The translations under genes were made by a program, and so were the position numbers. A model generated the notes under the pieces. That model was given only the letters and a program-made list of their open reading frames with translations, made no database searches and had not been told where the DNA came from. This document shows, in pieces, positions 39,201 through 48,777 of a stretch of 64,000 nt of DNA (position 1 is the first letter of the stretch; each line of letters starts with the position of its first letter). Location: assembly GCA_964451925.1 (NCBI GenBank), contig CAYVKA010000019.1, positions 2,136-66,135 on the forward strand, written 5' to 3'. The DNA comes from an uncultured Nevskia sp. (GTDB lineage Bacteria > Pseudomonadota > Gammaproteobacteria > Nevskiales > Nevskiaceae).

Positions 39201-41429
39201 TCAGGCCTGGCGGCTTCGGATGGCCCAACAACGGTGGGGAGGCGGTGGCCGCTTGAAATCCTCGTCCAGGGTTTGCGCGGTGATGTCCGTGATATCCAGG
39301 TCAGTGAGCGCTTCCATGTCGAGCTTGAAGCGCTTGCGGTTGGTGGAAAAATAAAGCACGCCCTGTGGTGTCAGCAGGCGCGCTGCGTTGCGGATCATTT
39401 CCACGTGGTCGCGCTGGACATCCAGCGTGCCGTCCATGCGTTTGGAGTTGGAGAAGGTCGGTGGATCGCACAGGATCAGGTCGAAGCGTGGCCTGGACTG
39501 GCTCTCCGCCTGCTCCTTGAGCCAGGCCAGGCAGTCGGCCTGGATCAGCGTGTGCCTGGCTGCCGGTTCGTGCCGCGGGCGCCGCTGCTGCCAGACATCA
39601 TCGGGCTGGCGCCGTGTTTTCAGGGTGGCGTCGATGCCGTTGAGCGCCAGGTTGCGCTGGCCCCATTCGAGGTAGTTGGCCGACAGGTCCACCGAGACGG
39701 TGCCGCTGGCGCCGCCGCGTGCCGCGTGCGCCGTGGCGGTGGCGGTGTAGCAGAACAGGTTGAGGAAGCGCTTCCCGGCGGCTTCCGTCTGGATGCGGCG
39801 GCGCAAGGGGCGGTGATCAAGGAACAGGCCGGTGTCGAGGTAGTCGTCGAGGTTGATCCACAGGCGGCAGCCGTGCTCTTCCACCTGCTGGAAGTTCTGC
39901 TGCTCGCTTTGCCTGGCGTACTGGTCAGCACCTTTCTGCTGCTGGCGGATCTTGAAATGTATGGCCGATGTGGGGACGGCGAGTTCCTGCTGGATCACCG
40001 CCAGGGCTTCGCGCAGGCGCCGCTCGGCGCGCACCGGGTCGATGGTCTTGGGCGCGGCGTATTCCTGGGCGTGGATCTGCAGCGAGGCGGTGGGATAGAG
40101 GTCCACGGCCAGCGCGTAATCCGGCAGGTCGGCGTCATAGACGCGGTAGCAGGAAACGCCGCTGCGCTTGGCCCATTTGCCCAGGTGTTTGAGATTCTTG
40201 CGCAGGCGGTTGGCGAAGTCCTCGGCGCCGCCGCCCGCAGCGGGCGCGGCGGATTCGGCGGGTGCCGGAACCGCCACATCGAACAGTAGCAATTTGCACG
40301 GCAGATCGCCGTTGTAGAAGGAATACATTTTTTCCGCGCGCAGGCCCAGGCGCGGCCCGAGGTCGGGGCGGCCGGTGAAGATGGCGGCGCGCCAGCCGCC
40401 GAAGTGCTGCTTGAGGGTGACGCCGAGCAGGCTGTAGAGCTTGATCAACTCCGCCTCGCTGCCGAGACGTTCGCCGTAGGGTGGATTGGTCACGACCAAA
40501 CCTGAAACCTCACCCAAGGGCCGCGCGGTGGAGATGTCGGCCTGGACCCATTGGATCTGCTCCCCAAGCCCGGCTTGTTCGGCGTTGCGCCGTGCCGATC
40601 GTAGGGTGGCGCCGTCGATGTCCTGGCCAAGCAACGGCGGCAGGTGCGGCAGGCCGGCGGTTTTGCGTTCGCGTGCTTCCTCGATCAGGGCCTGCCAGCT
40701 TGGGGAGTCGAAATTTCTCAGCGCCTGAAAACCATAGCGCTCACGGGCCAGGCCTGGTGCGACATCCCCGGCGATATATGCGCCTTCAATGACCAGGGTT
40801 CCCGAGCCGCACAACGGATCCACCAAGGCGCCGCCTTTGGCGGCAATTTGCGGCCAATCCGATCGCAGCAGAATAGCTGCCGCCAGGGTTTCCTTAAGCG
40901 GTGCCGAGCCGCCGTGGGCCCGATATCCACGCCGGTGCAGGCTGCCGCCCGATAGATCCAGGCTTAGTGAGATATTTGCACCATTAAGGTGCAAATGCAC
41001 CGGAATGTCCGGATTGGACGCATCCACATCCGGCCGCCGGCCGTGATCGTCGCGAAATCGGTCAGCGATGGCGTCTTTGACCTTGAGCGCGGCGAAATGG
41101 GTATGGGTCAGGGTGGCAGAACGTCCGGCAACCTCGACAGCAAAACTGCGATTGGCGGAGAACCAGCCAGGCCAGTCGATCTGGCGCGCTGCGTTGTACA
41201 GCTGTTCCGCATCCACCGCTTCGAACTGGGTGAGGGGCAGCAGCACACGGCTGGCCAGGCGTGACCACAGGCAGATGCGATAGGCCACCGGCCAAGTGGC
41301 CGTGCAGGCCACCCCGCCATTCTGCTCACGGGCTTCGGTTGCACCCAGGGACGATGCTTCCTGGACTAGCAGGGGCTCAAGGCCGCGTGCACAACTCAGG
41401 AACAGGGGGATGAATTCGGTCGTTGCCAT
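39201..41429 (-). CDS. rlmKL: 23S rRNA G2445/G2069 bifunctional methyltransferase RlmKL
   Basis: THUMP domain, LHRRGYR...APLKETLAA, DPLCGSGT, NPPYGERL, YRVYDADLP, DTGLFLDHR, DPPTFSNSK. Confidence 0.96.
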   Translation of the reverse strand: MATTEFIPLFLSCARGLEPLLVQEASSLGATEAREQNGGVACTATWPVAYRICLWSRLASRVLLPLTQFEAVDAEQLYNAARQIDWPGWFSANRSFAVEVAGRSATLTHTHFAALKVKDAIADRFRDDHGRRPDVDASNPDIPVHLHLNGANISLSLDLSGGSLHRRGYRAHGGSAPLKETLAAAILLRSDWPQIAAKGGALVDPLCGSGTLVIEGAYIAGDVAPGLARERYGFQALRNFDSPSWQALIEEARERKTAGLPHLPPLLGQDIDGATLRSARRNAEQAGLGEQIQWVQADISTARPLGEVSGLVVTNPPYGERLGSEAELIKLYSLLGVTLKQHFGGWRAAIFTGRPDLGPRLGLRAEKMYSFYNGDLPCKLLLFDVAVPAPAESAAPAAGGGAEDFANRLRKNLKHLGKWAKRSGVSCYRVYDADLPDYALAVDLYPTASLQIHAQEYAAPKTIDPVRAERRLREALAVIQQELAVPTSAIHFKIRQQQKGADQYARQSEQQNFQQVEEHGCRLWINLDDYLDTGLFLDHRPLRRRIQTEAAGKRFLNLFCYTATATAHAARGGASGTVSVDLSANYLEWGQRNLALNGIDATLKTRRQPDDVWQQRRPRHEPAARHTLIQADCLAWLKEQAESQSRPRFDLILCDPPTFSNSKRMDGTLDVQRDHVEMIRNAARLLTPQGVLYFSTNRKRFKLDMEALTDLDITDITAQTLDEDFKRPPPPHRCWAIRSRQA

Positions 41430-41648
41430 GGGAAATCGTCAGAGTGCCTGTCGGGAGCGGCAGCAGCTGCTGCGACTTCTTGTTGTCGAAGGCGAAGAAG
41501 GGCCCGATGCACTTTACAAGCTTCGGTCTCTTGCGAAAGACAAGCCGCCACCGGCCCGCCATTTTCGTGACATCATAAAGGTATGCAGGCGGATGCGCCC
41601 GTGGCTTGCGCCCTTCGGGGCATGGAATTGTCAGGAGATGGGGGTCAA

Positions 41649-42329
41649 ATGCTGAGTCGCAGGCAGGTATTGGGGGGCTTTCTGGCGTCTGGGGTTGCCG
41701 GATGCGCGTCGAATCCGAATTCGACCGTCAGTTTGTTTTCCAAGACCGTCACCAGCAAAGGGCATTTGCCAGATGAATATCCCCTGAGTGCCGCGCAGAT
41801 CCATGATATTCCCTATGCCACGATGGGCGTCCGTATCGCGAGCAACCCGCGGGCTGTGATCGTGCTGGCCACCGCGGAGGGGCATACCCTGCAGTGGGTC
41901 TCGGCTGATCACGTAATATTTGTGACACGTGATGGCTGGCTGCTGCGTACCCAGGGCATGCAGCGGGATTTGGCCGCCACGCGCTGGTTGCCGGACCCCG
42001 ACCAGAATCCTCTGCGCAGCTTTGTGCAAACCGGAGTGGTGCCTTCCCCCGGCGTGTTCCGGGAAATCGACCTGGGCCATGCCAATGAACAAGGCATTGC
42101 CATTGAGTCGCGCTTCGAGGCCGGCAATGACGAAACGATCGTCATCCAGGGACGAACCCGCCAGACCCGGCGGATCAACGAAATCGCCACCATGCACGCC
42201 TGGCGCTGGAAAACCCGCAACAGCTTCTGGCTTGATCCGCAGACCGGTCAGGTATGGCGCTCAGTGCAGCAATACTGCCCTGAAATCCCGCCGATCCAGT
42301 TCGAAGTGCTCAAGCCCGCGGCGATTTAG
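41649..42329 (+). CDS. YjbF/GfcB-family lipoprotein (group 4 capsule)
   Basis: MLSRRQVL...VAGC lipobox, IPYATMGV, W.SAD..FVTRDGWLLRTQG, NSFWLD..G.V..S.Q pattern of YjbF/GfcB; locus context. Confidence 0.8.
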   Translation: MLSRRQVLGGFLASGVAGCASNPNSTVSLFSKTVTSKGHLPDEYPLSAAQIHDIPYATMGVRIASNPRAVIVLATAEGHTLQWVSADHVIFVTRDGWLLRTQGMQRDLAATRWLPDPDQNPLRSFVQTGVVPSPGVFREIDLGHANEQGIAIESRFEAGNDETIVIQGRTRQTRRINEIATMHAWRWKTRNSFWLDPQTGQVWRSVQQYCPEIPPIQFEVLKPAAI

Positions 42330-42344
42330 ACCGCAAGACCCAAC

Positions 42345-42373
42345 AAAAAAGGCCGCCACTAGGCGGCCTTTTT
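42345..42373. terminator. Bidirectional intrinsic terminator
   Basis: AAAAAA-GGCCGCC-acta-GGCGGCC-TTTTT. Confidence 0.88.
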
Positions 42374-42433
42374 CGGACTGCTGACCCGTCCTGCCCTGGG
42401 TTGACACCTTTTCCACCGAGAAAAGGCGAGTCA

Positions 42434-42832
42434 ATGACGACGGGCATCAAGCGGACGCAACGGGACTACACGCTAGCTTTTAAGCTGGCGGTGATCGAGC
42501 AGGTCGAAAAAGGCCAGCTGAGCTACAAACAGGCGCAGGAGCGGTATGGCATTCAGGGGCGGTCGACCGTACTGGTGTGGCTGCGCAAGCACGGGCGCCA
42601 AAGCTGGGGGATTGGGGCAATATCTCGATCCATGCCCTCGACCAAACCCTCAAGTGACAGTGCGCTGACCCCAGAGCAGCAGATCAAAGCTCTGGAGGTC
42701 CAACTGCAGCAAGCCCGGGAGAAAGCCCAGCTGTTCGAGGCGATGCTGGATGTCCTGAAGAAGGACTATGGGGTGCGCGTGGTAAAAAAGCCTTTGGGCA
42801 AGTCCTCTCGCAAAAGCTCGTCGAAGGCTTGA
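42434..42832 (+). CDS. IS3 transposase OrfA (HTH)
   Basis: KRTQRDYTLAFKLAVIEQVEKG...YGIQGRSTVLVWLRKHG; A-AAA-AAG slippery site at 42784-42790 in frame. Confidence 0.9.
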   Translation: MTTGIKRTQRDYTLAFKLAVIEQVEKGQLSYKQAQERYGIQGRSTVLVWLRKHGRQSWGIGAISRSMPSTKPSSDSALTPEQQIKALEVQLQQAREKAQLFEAMLDVLKKDYGVRVVKKPLGKSSRKSSSKA

Positions 42833-43680
42833 GCGTGAGCAGGGCTTGCCGCTACATCGGCATCAGTCGCCAGGCGTACTACAAAGGCCAGCAAAGCCAG
42901 CAGGAGCGGACCGAACAGACCAGCCAGGTGCTGGATCTGGTGCGCGCCCGGCGGTTGCGCCAGCCGCGCCTGGGAACGCGCAAACTGCACCATCTGCTGA
43001 GCCCGGTTTTGCAAGCGGCTGGCATCAAACTGGGGCGGGATGCCCTGTTTGACCGGCTGCGTGAAGCCCAGCTGTTGGTGCCGCCGCGCCGGGCCTACCA
43101 CAAGACCACGAACAGCCATCACCACTTCCGCCGGCATTCCAACCTGCTCAAAGCCGGGGAAGGCCAAGTCACCGCCAAGGCCTGCGAGCAGGTCTGGGTG
43201 GCCGACATCACCTATCTGCCCACGGCAGGTGCCTGTGTCTATTTGAGCCTGGTCACCGACGCCTACTCGCGCAAGATCGTCGGCTGGCATGTCCACGACA
43301 GCCTGCACGCCGAATCGGTCAGCCAGGCGCTACGGATGGCCCTGAAGGGGCGCCAAACCTGCCAAGTCCTGGTCCATCACTCCGATCACGGGATTCAATA
43401 CTGCGCTGAGGATTACCAGAGCCTCCACCGTCGCCACGGCCTGACCTGCTCGATGACCGATGGCTACGACTGCTACCAGAATGCCCTGGCCGAGCGGGTC
43501 AACGGCATCCTGAAAACCGAGCTTTTGCTGCAACGCCCCGCCGATCTGGTCCAGGCCACCCGGATGGTGCGGGAATCCGTGGCCATCTACAACAGCGAGC
43601 GTCCTCATCTATCCTTGAATATGAAGACGCCCGATGCGGTGCATCGGGCGTCCTTGGTACAGCTTTCACCCACCCAATAG
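42829..43680 (+). CDS. IS3 transposase OrfB (DDE integrase core)
   Basis: WVADITY, LVTDAYSRKIVGW, HHSDHGIQY, NALAERVNGILKTE, YNSERPH; lies in the -1 frame of orfA, open from the slippery site. Confidence 0.92.
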   Translation: MSVSRACRYIGISRQAYYKGQQSQQERTEQTSQVLDLVRARRLRQPRLGTRKLHHLLSPVLQAAGIKLGRDALFDRLREAQLLVPPRRAYHKTTNSHHHFRRHSNLLKAGEGQVTAKACEQVWVADITYLPTAGACVYLSLVTDAYSRKIVGWHVHDSLHAESVSQALRMALKGRQTCQVLVHHSDHGIQYCAEDYQSLHRRHGLTCSMTDGYDCYQNALAERVNGILKTELLLQRPADLVQATRMVRESVAIYNSERPHLSLNMKTPDAVHRASLVQLSPTQ

Positions 43681-43715
43681 GTGTCAACCAGGGCTAGGAC
43701 GGGTCACACTCAAAG

Positions 43716-43958
43716 TTACTTGGTGGTGCTGGTCGAGGTGGAAGTCGCGGTGCTGGTGTTGCTGGCCGAACCGGCCACAACCGCGCCGAGGACCGCCGCG
43801 CCGCCCACGCCAACTGCGACAATGGTCGCAACGGACCCGCTGGCAATGCTGGAGCCGGCGGTGCTAGAGCCGGCTGCCACACCGGTGTCTTCGGCAAAAA
43901 TGGTCGGCGTGCTAAGAGCCAGGGTGGCCAGTGCGACTGCTTTAAGAACCGTATTCAT
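43716..43958 (-). CDS. Small Ser/Thr/Ala/Gly-rich exported protein, GfcA/YjbE-like
   Basis: 80 aa with a signal peptide (MNTVLKAVALATLALSTPTIFA), a hydrophobic [14 protein letters not shown] segment and a STATSTSTSTTK tail; GGAGAGG SD; next to gfcB/gfcD-like genes. Confidence 0.72.
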   Translation of the reverse strand: MNTVLKAVALATLALSTPTIFAEDTGVAAGSSTAGSSIASGSVATIVAVGVGGAAVLGAVVAGSASNTSTATSTSTSTTK

Positions 43959-44377
43959 AACGCCTCTCCATTATTCCTGAACGATAGCTAAGTCGTGAAG
44001 GGCTCCGCCCTTACCGATAGAGTATACCTGATGTGCAGTTCTGCCAACACCCGGTGGCCTTGTCGCCACATGGATTCGAGAGCAAATATCTGGCCAAGTT
44101 TGCCAACTGCATCACACTGGAAGGTGGCCTGGGGCCACGCGTTGGGCGGGCTGAAAAAAGTTCTGACAATTAAAGTCTTATGCCCAGGGCTGGGCTGAGG
44201 ATTTTTTCCGGCTGACATGACAGAATAGCCTTAGCTAGAACCGCACCACGCCTGTCGGCTGTCGCAGTCTGGGTAAGGCGTTCAGGTTTTTTTGCACGGA
44301 CCAATGCGGCAGGCCCAGGAACTCGACCGCTGCAAATCCAACCCCAACGGGGGCGGATTACTTGCCCGGCCAACAAC

Positions 44378-46711
44378 TTGATCGCAAGAGACCAGAAATT
44401 GCGGGGTTTACTTTTGAGTTTTCGTTCTGGATCGCCATTCGCTGCCCGCGGTCAGGTGCTGCTTGCTCTTGTGCTGTTTGCTGCAGCGGGTGAGGCTGGC
44501 GCTGCCAATTTCGATAACCTGTTTGCCGGCGCGAATGATTTCGGCAATGCGGGCCTTTTGCAGACGCCGACCGCCCGCATGCGTCCGGAAGGGGATTTCG
44601 GCCTCGGTGTTTCCACTGTCAGGCCCTATAACCAGCTTTACTTCTTCGTACAGCCATTGCCCTGGCTGGAAACAACCGTTCGCTATGTAGACGTCACCAA
44701 CCGCTTCTACAGCAGCGATCCAAGTTTCAGCGGAGGACAGCACTACAAGCACCGTGGTGTGGACGCCAAAATTCGCCTCCTCGACGAGGGAAGGCTTTGG
44801 CCCTCCATCGCATTGGGTGTGCAAGACGTGGGTGGCACGGGCTTGTTTTCGAGCGAATACCTGGTCAGCAGCTATCACTACTACGATTTCGACTTCTCAT
44901 TTGGCCTGGGTTGGGGGCGACTGGGCGCGCGCGGTGGAATCCGCAATCCGCTAGCCCTGATTTCCAGCCATTTCGATCAGGAGCGATTCACGGCGAATAC
45001 AGCGGGAGCGCTCAATAGCAGCCGCCTGTTCTCCGGTCACGATATCGGGCCGTTCGGTGGCGCGGAGTGGAACACGCCGGTCAGGGGGCTTGCGCTGCGG
45101 CTTGAGTACGATGGAAACGACTACCACCATGAGCCCCTAGATGACAACCAGAAGGTGAATTCGCCCCTCAACATCGGGTTGGCGTACAGGGGACTTTCCG
45201 GAGTGGATCTCGGTGTGGGCTATGAGCGCGGCAACGTTGTGATGGGGCGCATCGCAATCTACACCAACTTCCAAACTCTTCGTGGCGTGGCCAAGACTGC
45301 GGATCCTGCTCCGACTCCGGTTGCGCAGCCTGCGGCTTCAGCTGCGCTAGAAACAGATCGCACCTCCTCTACACCAGAAACTCTGGGCGTCAATGCGGTT
45401 GCCGCCCCTTCGCCCAATGCGCCTCTGCTATCCGATGCAGCGGCCTTGCATGCAGTTCAAGCTGGTGGGGCCAAGAGCGGGGAGGTATCCAGCGAGGAAC
45501 AACACGAATTTGTGCTCAAGCTCCGGGCGGCGCTCAAACAACAGGGCTTTGAACTGGTGGCGCTGGACTATGATGGCTTCGTGAAGGACGTGCGGGTGTG
45601 GCTTAGTCAAGACAGGTACAGGAATCCTGCAAAAGCAGTCGGTCGCACCGCGCGTGCGCTCGCGGATACGGCGCCAAGCGAGATTTCCAAGTTCACGCTC
45701 GTATTTGTCGATCAGGGGATGGAAAACTATCGGGCCGAGGTCTATCGCCAGGACTTCGAGAAGGCCGCGCACGACAATGATCCCGACGGTGCTTTGGCGT
45801 CGGTGGTTTTGAAAGGGCCGGGGGACGGCTTCGCCTCGGCCCAGTACTTTGACGGCACGAGATTCCCGAAGTTTTCCTGGGATACAGGGCCTGCGGTGCG
45901 CCAGAGCGTGGGCGGGCCCGATACCTTCTATGCGGGCCAGTTGTACTGGAAGCTGGGTGGAGCCGTCGCGGTTACCGACCATCTCAATTTCACCGGCGTG
46001 GCCGGGTTCAACATTATCAACAACTTCGATCAGATCAAGTTGCAGTCAAACAGCGTCTTGCCGCATGTGCGCAGCGATATCGTCAAGTATCTGCAGCAGG
46101 GCTCGGATGGGCTGATCAACCTGGAGTCGGACTACACCTGGTCTCCATTTCCGGATTGGTATCATAGGCTCTCACTGGGCATTTTCGAAGAAATGTATGG
46201 CGGCGTGGCGACTGAATTGCTCTATCGCCCGTACGGGCGCAGCTGGGCCATGGCCTTCGACATCAACCGCGTGAAGCAGCGCGGCTACGACGAGACATTC
46301 GATTTCCTACCCTATATTGTGACCACCGGGCACGTGGCGTTGTACTACAAGCCCGGCTATTACAATCTGCTATTCAAGCTTAGTGCAGGCCAGTATCTGG
46401 CTCGCGATCGCGGCGGTACGGTGGATATTTCGCGGGAATTCGACAGCGGCGTGCGCGTCGGAATTTTTGCCACCAAAACCAATGTTTCGTCGGCCCAGTT
46501 CGGCGAGGGTTCGTTCGACAAGGGCTTGTATATCTCGGTGCCCCTTGACCTGTTCTTTGCCCAATCCTCGCGGCGAGAGGCAGGCTTTACGTTCAGGCCG
46601 CTTACGCGCGACGGTGGGCAGATGGTTTACGATGGACCGGAGTTGTACTTCACGGTGAAGGACGGTCAGCCTGACGACTTCGCCCGAGGTGCTTCGGATT
46701 TGCTCAAATAG
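44378..46711 (+). CDS. YjbH/GfcD-family outer-membrane beta-barrel protein
   Basis: NDFGNAGLLQTPTARM, PWLETTVRY, QDVGGTGLFSSEY, DFSFGLGWG, SVLPHVRSD, EEMYGG, QYLARD, FGEGSFDKG, PLTRDGGQ. Exact start uncertain. Confidence 0.9.
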   Translation: MIARDQKLRGLLLSFRSGSPFAARGQVLLALVLFAAAGEAGAANFDNLFAGANDFGNAGLLQTPTARMRPEGDFGLGVSTVRPYNQLYFFVQPLPWLETTVRYVDVTNRFYSSDPSFSGGQHYKHRGVDAKIRLLDEGRLWPSIALGVQDVGGTGLFSSEYLVSSYHYYDFDFSFGLGWGRLGARGGIRNPLALISSHFDQERFTANTAGALNSSRLFSGHDIGPFGGAEWNTPVRGLALRLEYDGNDYHHEPLDDNQKVNSPLNIGLAYRGLSGVDLGVGYERGNVVMGRIAIYTNFQTLRGVAKTADPAPTPVAQPAASAALETDRTSSTPETLGVNAVAAPSPNAPLLSDAAALHAVQAGGAKSGEVSSEEQHEFVLKLRAALKQQGFELVALDYDGFVKDVRVWLSQDRYRNPAKAVGRTARALADTAPSEISKFTLVFVDQGMENYRAEVYRQDFEKAAHDNDPDGALASVVLKGPGDGFASAQYFDGTRFPKFSWDTGPAVRQSVGGPDTFYAGQLYWKLGGAVAVTDHLNFTGVAGFNIINNFDQIKLQSNSVLPHVRSDIVKYLQQGSDGLINLESDYTWSPFPDWYHRLSLGIFEEMYGGVATELLYRPYGRSWAMAFDINRVKQRGYDETFDFLPYIVTTGHVALYYKPGYYNLLFKLSAGQYLARDRGGTVDISREFDSGVRVGIFATKTNVSSAQFGEGSFDKGLYISVPLDLFFAQSSRREAGFTFRPLTRDGGQMVYDGPELYFTVKDGQPDDFARGASDLLK

Positions 46712-46751
46712 GAGTGCGGCAGCCAACGGGGGTGGAAGTAAGCCCCTAAAT

Positions 46752-47183
46752 TTAAATGCGCTTAATCCACTCCGCCGTACAGCGTTCAATGTCCTCGAAG
46801 GCCTGATCGAACGCAGGCTTGGGTAGTCGATAAGGGTCTGATATATCGATGTTTTGTAACCAACGGCCCAGTTTGTGCGTGCGCCCTTGGAGTTGCGGAT
46901 AGCGCAAGCGAATCCATTCACTATGAGTATGATCAAGGGTGAGAATCAGATCCGCTGCGCTCAGCAGAGATTGCGATGCTTGTTGCGCGCGATGGGTAAC
47001 AATGTCGAATCCATGCTCCCCCGCGACCAGTTGCGCTAAGGGATCGGCAGGGTGATTTACCAAGGCCGCGATGCCGGCGGAGCAGATCTCGACCCCGCTA
47101 TTGAGGCGGTGCCGCAGCAGCGCTTCTGCCATCGGGCTTCTGCAGATGTTGCCGGTACAGATGACCACTATTTTGTGAAACAT
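46752..47183 (-). CDS. wzb: Low-molecular-weight protein-tyrosine phosphatase Wzb
   Basis: CTGNICRS P-loop and ISDPY motif. Confidence 0.93.
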   Translation of the reverse strand: MFHKIVVICTGNICRSPMAEALLRHRLNSGVEICSAGIAALVNHPADPLAQLVAGEHGFDIVTHRAQQASQSLLSAADLILTLDHTHSEWIRLRYPQLQGRTHKLGRWLQNIDISDPYRLPKPAFDQAFEDIERCTAEWIKRI

Positions 47184-47343
47184 ATCACACTATTTTTAGC
47201 AGAATGGATTTGGTGCTTGAAATACAGGCATTATAGTTTAGTTTTTGTTGCAGACAGCTAGAAATTAATGTGCAGTCATGATATCGAAAGAGAACGTTCT
47301 GAAAGAATTTATAAGTGTCGAAATAGAATGGCGATCTATAGAT

Positions 47344-47424
47344 TTCACGGCTGTAATATTACTCAGATACAATAGTTGCCATTTTTGACGTTCAGGTTGG
47401 GCGATAGCTCGGGGGCGGTCGGCT
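47344..47424 (+). promoter_or_regulatory. Putative wza promoter followed by degenerate ops/JUMPstart-like repeats
   Basis: TTCACG, 18 bp, TACAAT; then GGGCGATAGC (47399-408) and GGGGCGGTCGGC (47412-423), each with mismatches to GGCGGTAG. Confidence 0.35.
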
Positions 47425-47477
47425 AATTGCGCCCGCTCCCTCAGGCGCAATTCCAATTCCAAATTTAATCATTTATC

Positions 47478-48653
47478 GTGCGACTACAAACTTTGATTTC
47501 GCGAGTGGCTGCCTTTGCTCTATTGGGGGGGCTTTGCGGCTGCACTGACCTGATTGCGGGCCTGAATATCCATGAGGGGAATGCAGGCACCCACGAGTTT
47601 CGTGTTGTTTCCGATGAGCGCGATAATAACTATAAAGTGATCAGAGCGGAGCCTACGCCGGCCTACGAAATTGTTCCGATCACAGCCGATGTGCTCCGCA
47701 GCTTGGCGCAGAATCAGGATGTGGACGAGTTCGAGAGGATGCCGTCGCTGCTGCCATCCAATGTGCCTCTGGAATACAAGGTTGGTCCAGGCGATATTTT
47801 CTTTGTGGTGGTCTGGGATCATCCCGAATTGACCGCGCCGTATACGGGGCTGACTAGCGATCTCAGTAGTCAAGGACGCTTGATCGCGGCAGATGGGACT
47901 GCGTTTTATCCTTACGTCGGCACTTTCAAAGCCGCGGGGCTAACGGCTGGTGAATTACGCAAATACATATCGGAACATCTAAAGTCAGTTATTCAAAACC
48001 CGCAGGTTGATGTGCGCGTTGTGGGCTATCGTGCCGGACGTATTGAGGTGACCGGAGAGGTTGCAAAGCCCGGGACGTTGAATTTTGACGACACACCCAA
48101 AGGGGTTCTTCAAGCAATCGATGCCGCGGGCGGATTGACCGCGGCCGCCAGTAGACGACGGGCAATTTTGGAGCGCGATGGGGTCATTCACGTAATTGAT
48201 CTGGCTGGGTTGCTGTCAGGCAATCGCTTGGTGTCCAACCCCGAATTGCACCCAGGTGACGTGCTGCATATACCCGACACCTCCAATGATCAAGTATTCA
48301 TTCTTGGGGAAGTAGGTAAACAGGCGCCGGTGGTAATCCAGCAGGATTCGCTGACCCTGATTCAGGCGGTAAGCCAGGCAGGGGGCATTGATGACGTAAA
48401 AGGCAAGGCTTCAGGACTACTTGTGTTCCGCCCGCAGCGGACGGCTGACTCCAGCGTTACCGCGCGAATTTTTACTCTCAACCTTTCCAAGCCGGAAGGT
48501 ATGCTGCTGGCCAGCCAATTCCAACTCCGGCCACGCGATGTGGTCTATATCAAGGCCACGGCTTTCGCGCAGTACAATTCGATCATTAACGAATTGTTGC
48601 CGACAGTCACAACAATTTACGAACTCAATTCGCTGCACCAATTCATAAAATGA
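47478..48653 (+). CDS. wza: Polysaccharide export lipoprotein Wza
   Basis: Lipobox LCGC, YKVGPGDIFFVVVWDHPEL, FYPYVG, NPQVDV, SLBB repeats, QLRPRDVVY. Confidence 0.93.
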   Translation: MRLQTLISRVAAFALLGGLCGCTDLIAGLNIHEGNAGTHEFRVVSDERDNNYKVIRAEPTPAYEIVPITADVLRSLAQNQDVDEFERMPSLLPSNVPLEYKVGPGDIFFVVVWDHPELTAPYTGLTSDLSSQGRLIAADGTAFYPYVGTFKAAGLTAGELRKYISEHLKSVIQNPQVDVRVVGYRAGRIEVTGEVAKPGTLNFDDTPKGVLQAIDAAGGLTAAASRRRAILERDGVIHVIDLAGLLSGNRLVSNPELHPGDVLHIPDTSNDQVFILGEVGKQAPVVIQQDSLTLIQAVSQAGGIDDVKGKASGLLVFRPQRTADSSVTARIFTLNLSKPEGMLLASQFQLRPRDVVYIKATAFAQYNSIINELLPTVTTIYELNSLHQFIK

Positions 48654-48777
48654 GGCCCTGAAAGGCGTTGATGCGGTTTCGACGCGTCGGACTCCTTCAG
48701 ATCTACGCCAGTACAGCTGGATAGCTTGGCATTGGCTCTTGCTCTGATTTTGAAAGCTTCCTCAAGGTTCACAAAGA

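Larger units (their letters stand above)
42382..43706 (+). mobile_element. IS3-family insertion sequence (1325 bp)
   Basis: TG...CA ends with imperfect terminal IRs (left TGACCCGTCCTGCCCTGGGTTGACACCT; right reverse complement TGACCCGTCCTAGCCCTGGTTGACACCT), orfA/orfB architecture. No target duplication evident. Confidence 0.93.

Noticed and set aside
41296-41655. 119-aa ORF between rlmKL and the gfcB-like gene as a possible gfcC remnant
   Set aside because: Overlaps the rlmKL start, has no signal peptide or SLBB features, and looks non-coding.
42375-43712. Target-site duplication of the IS3 (ACT occurs on both sides)
   Set aside because: Using ACT would require asymmetric ends that break the TG...CA inverted-repeat alignment.
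44030-44130. Sigma54-like sequences (TGGCCAAGTTTGC) in the gfcA/gfcD divergent region
   Set aside because: GG-to-GC spacing is 8 rather than the required 10.
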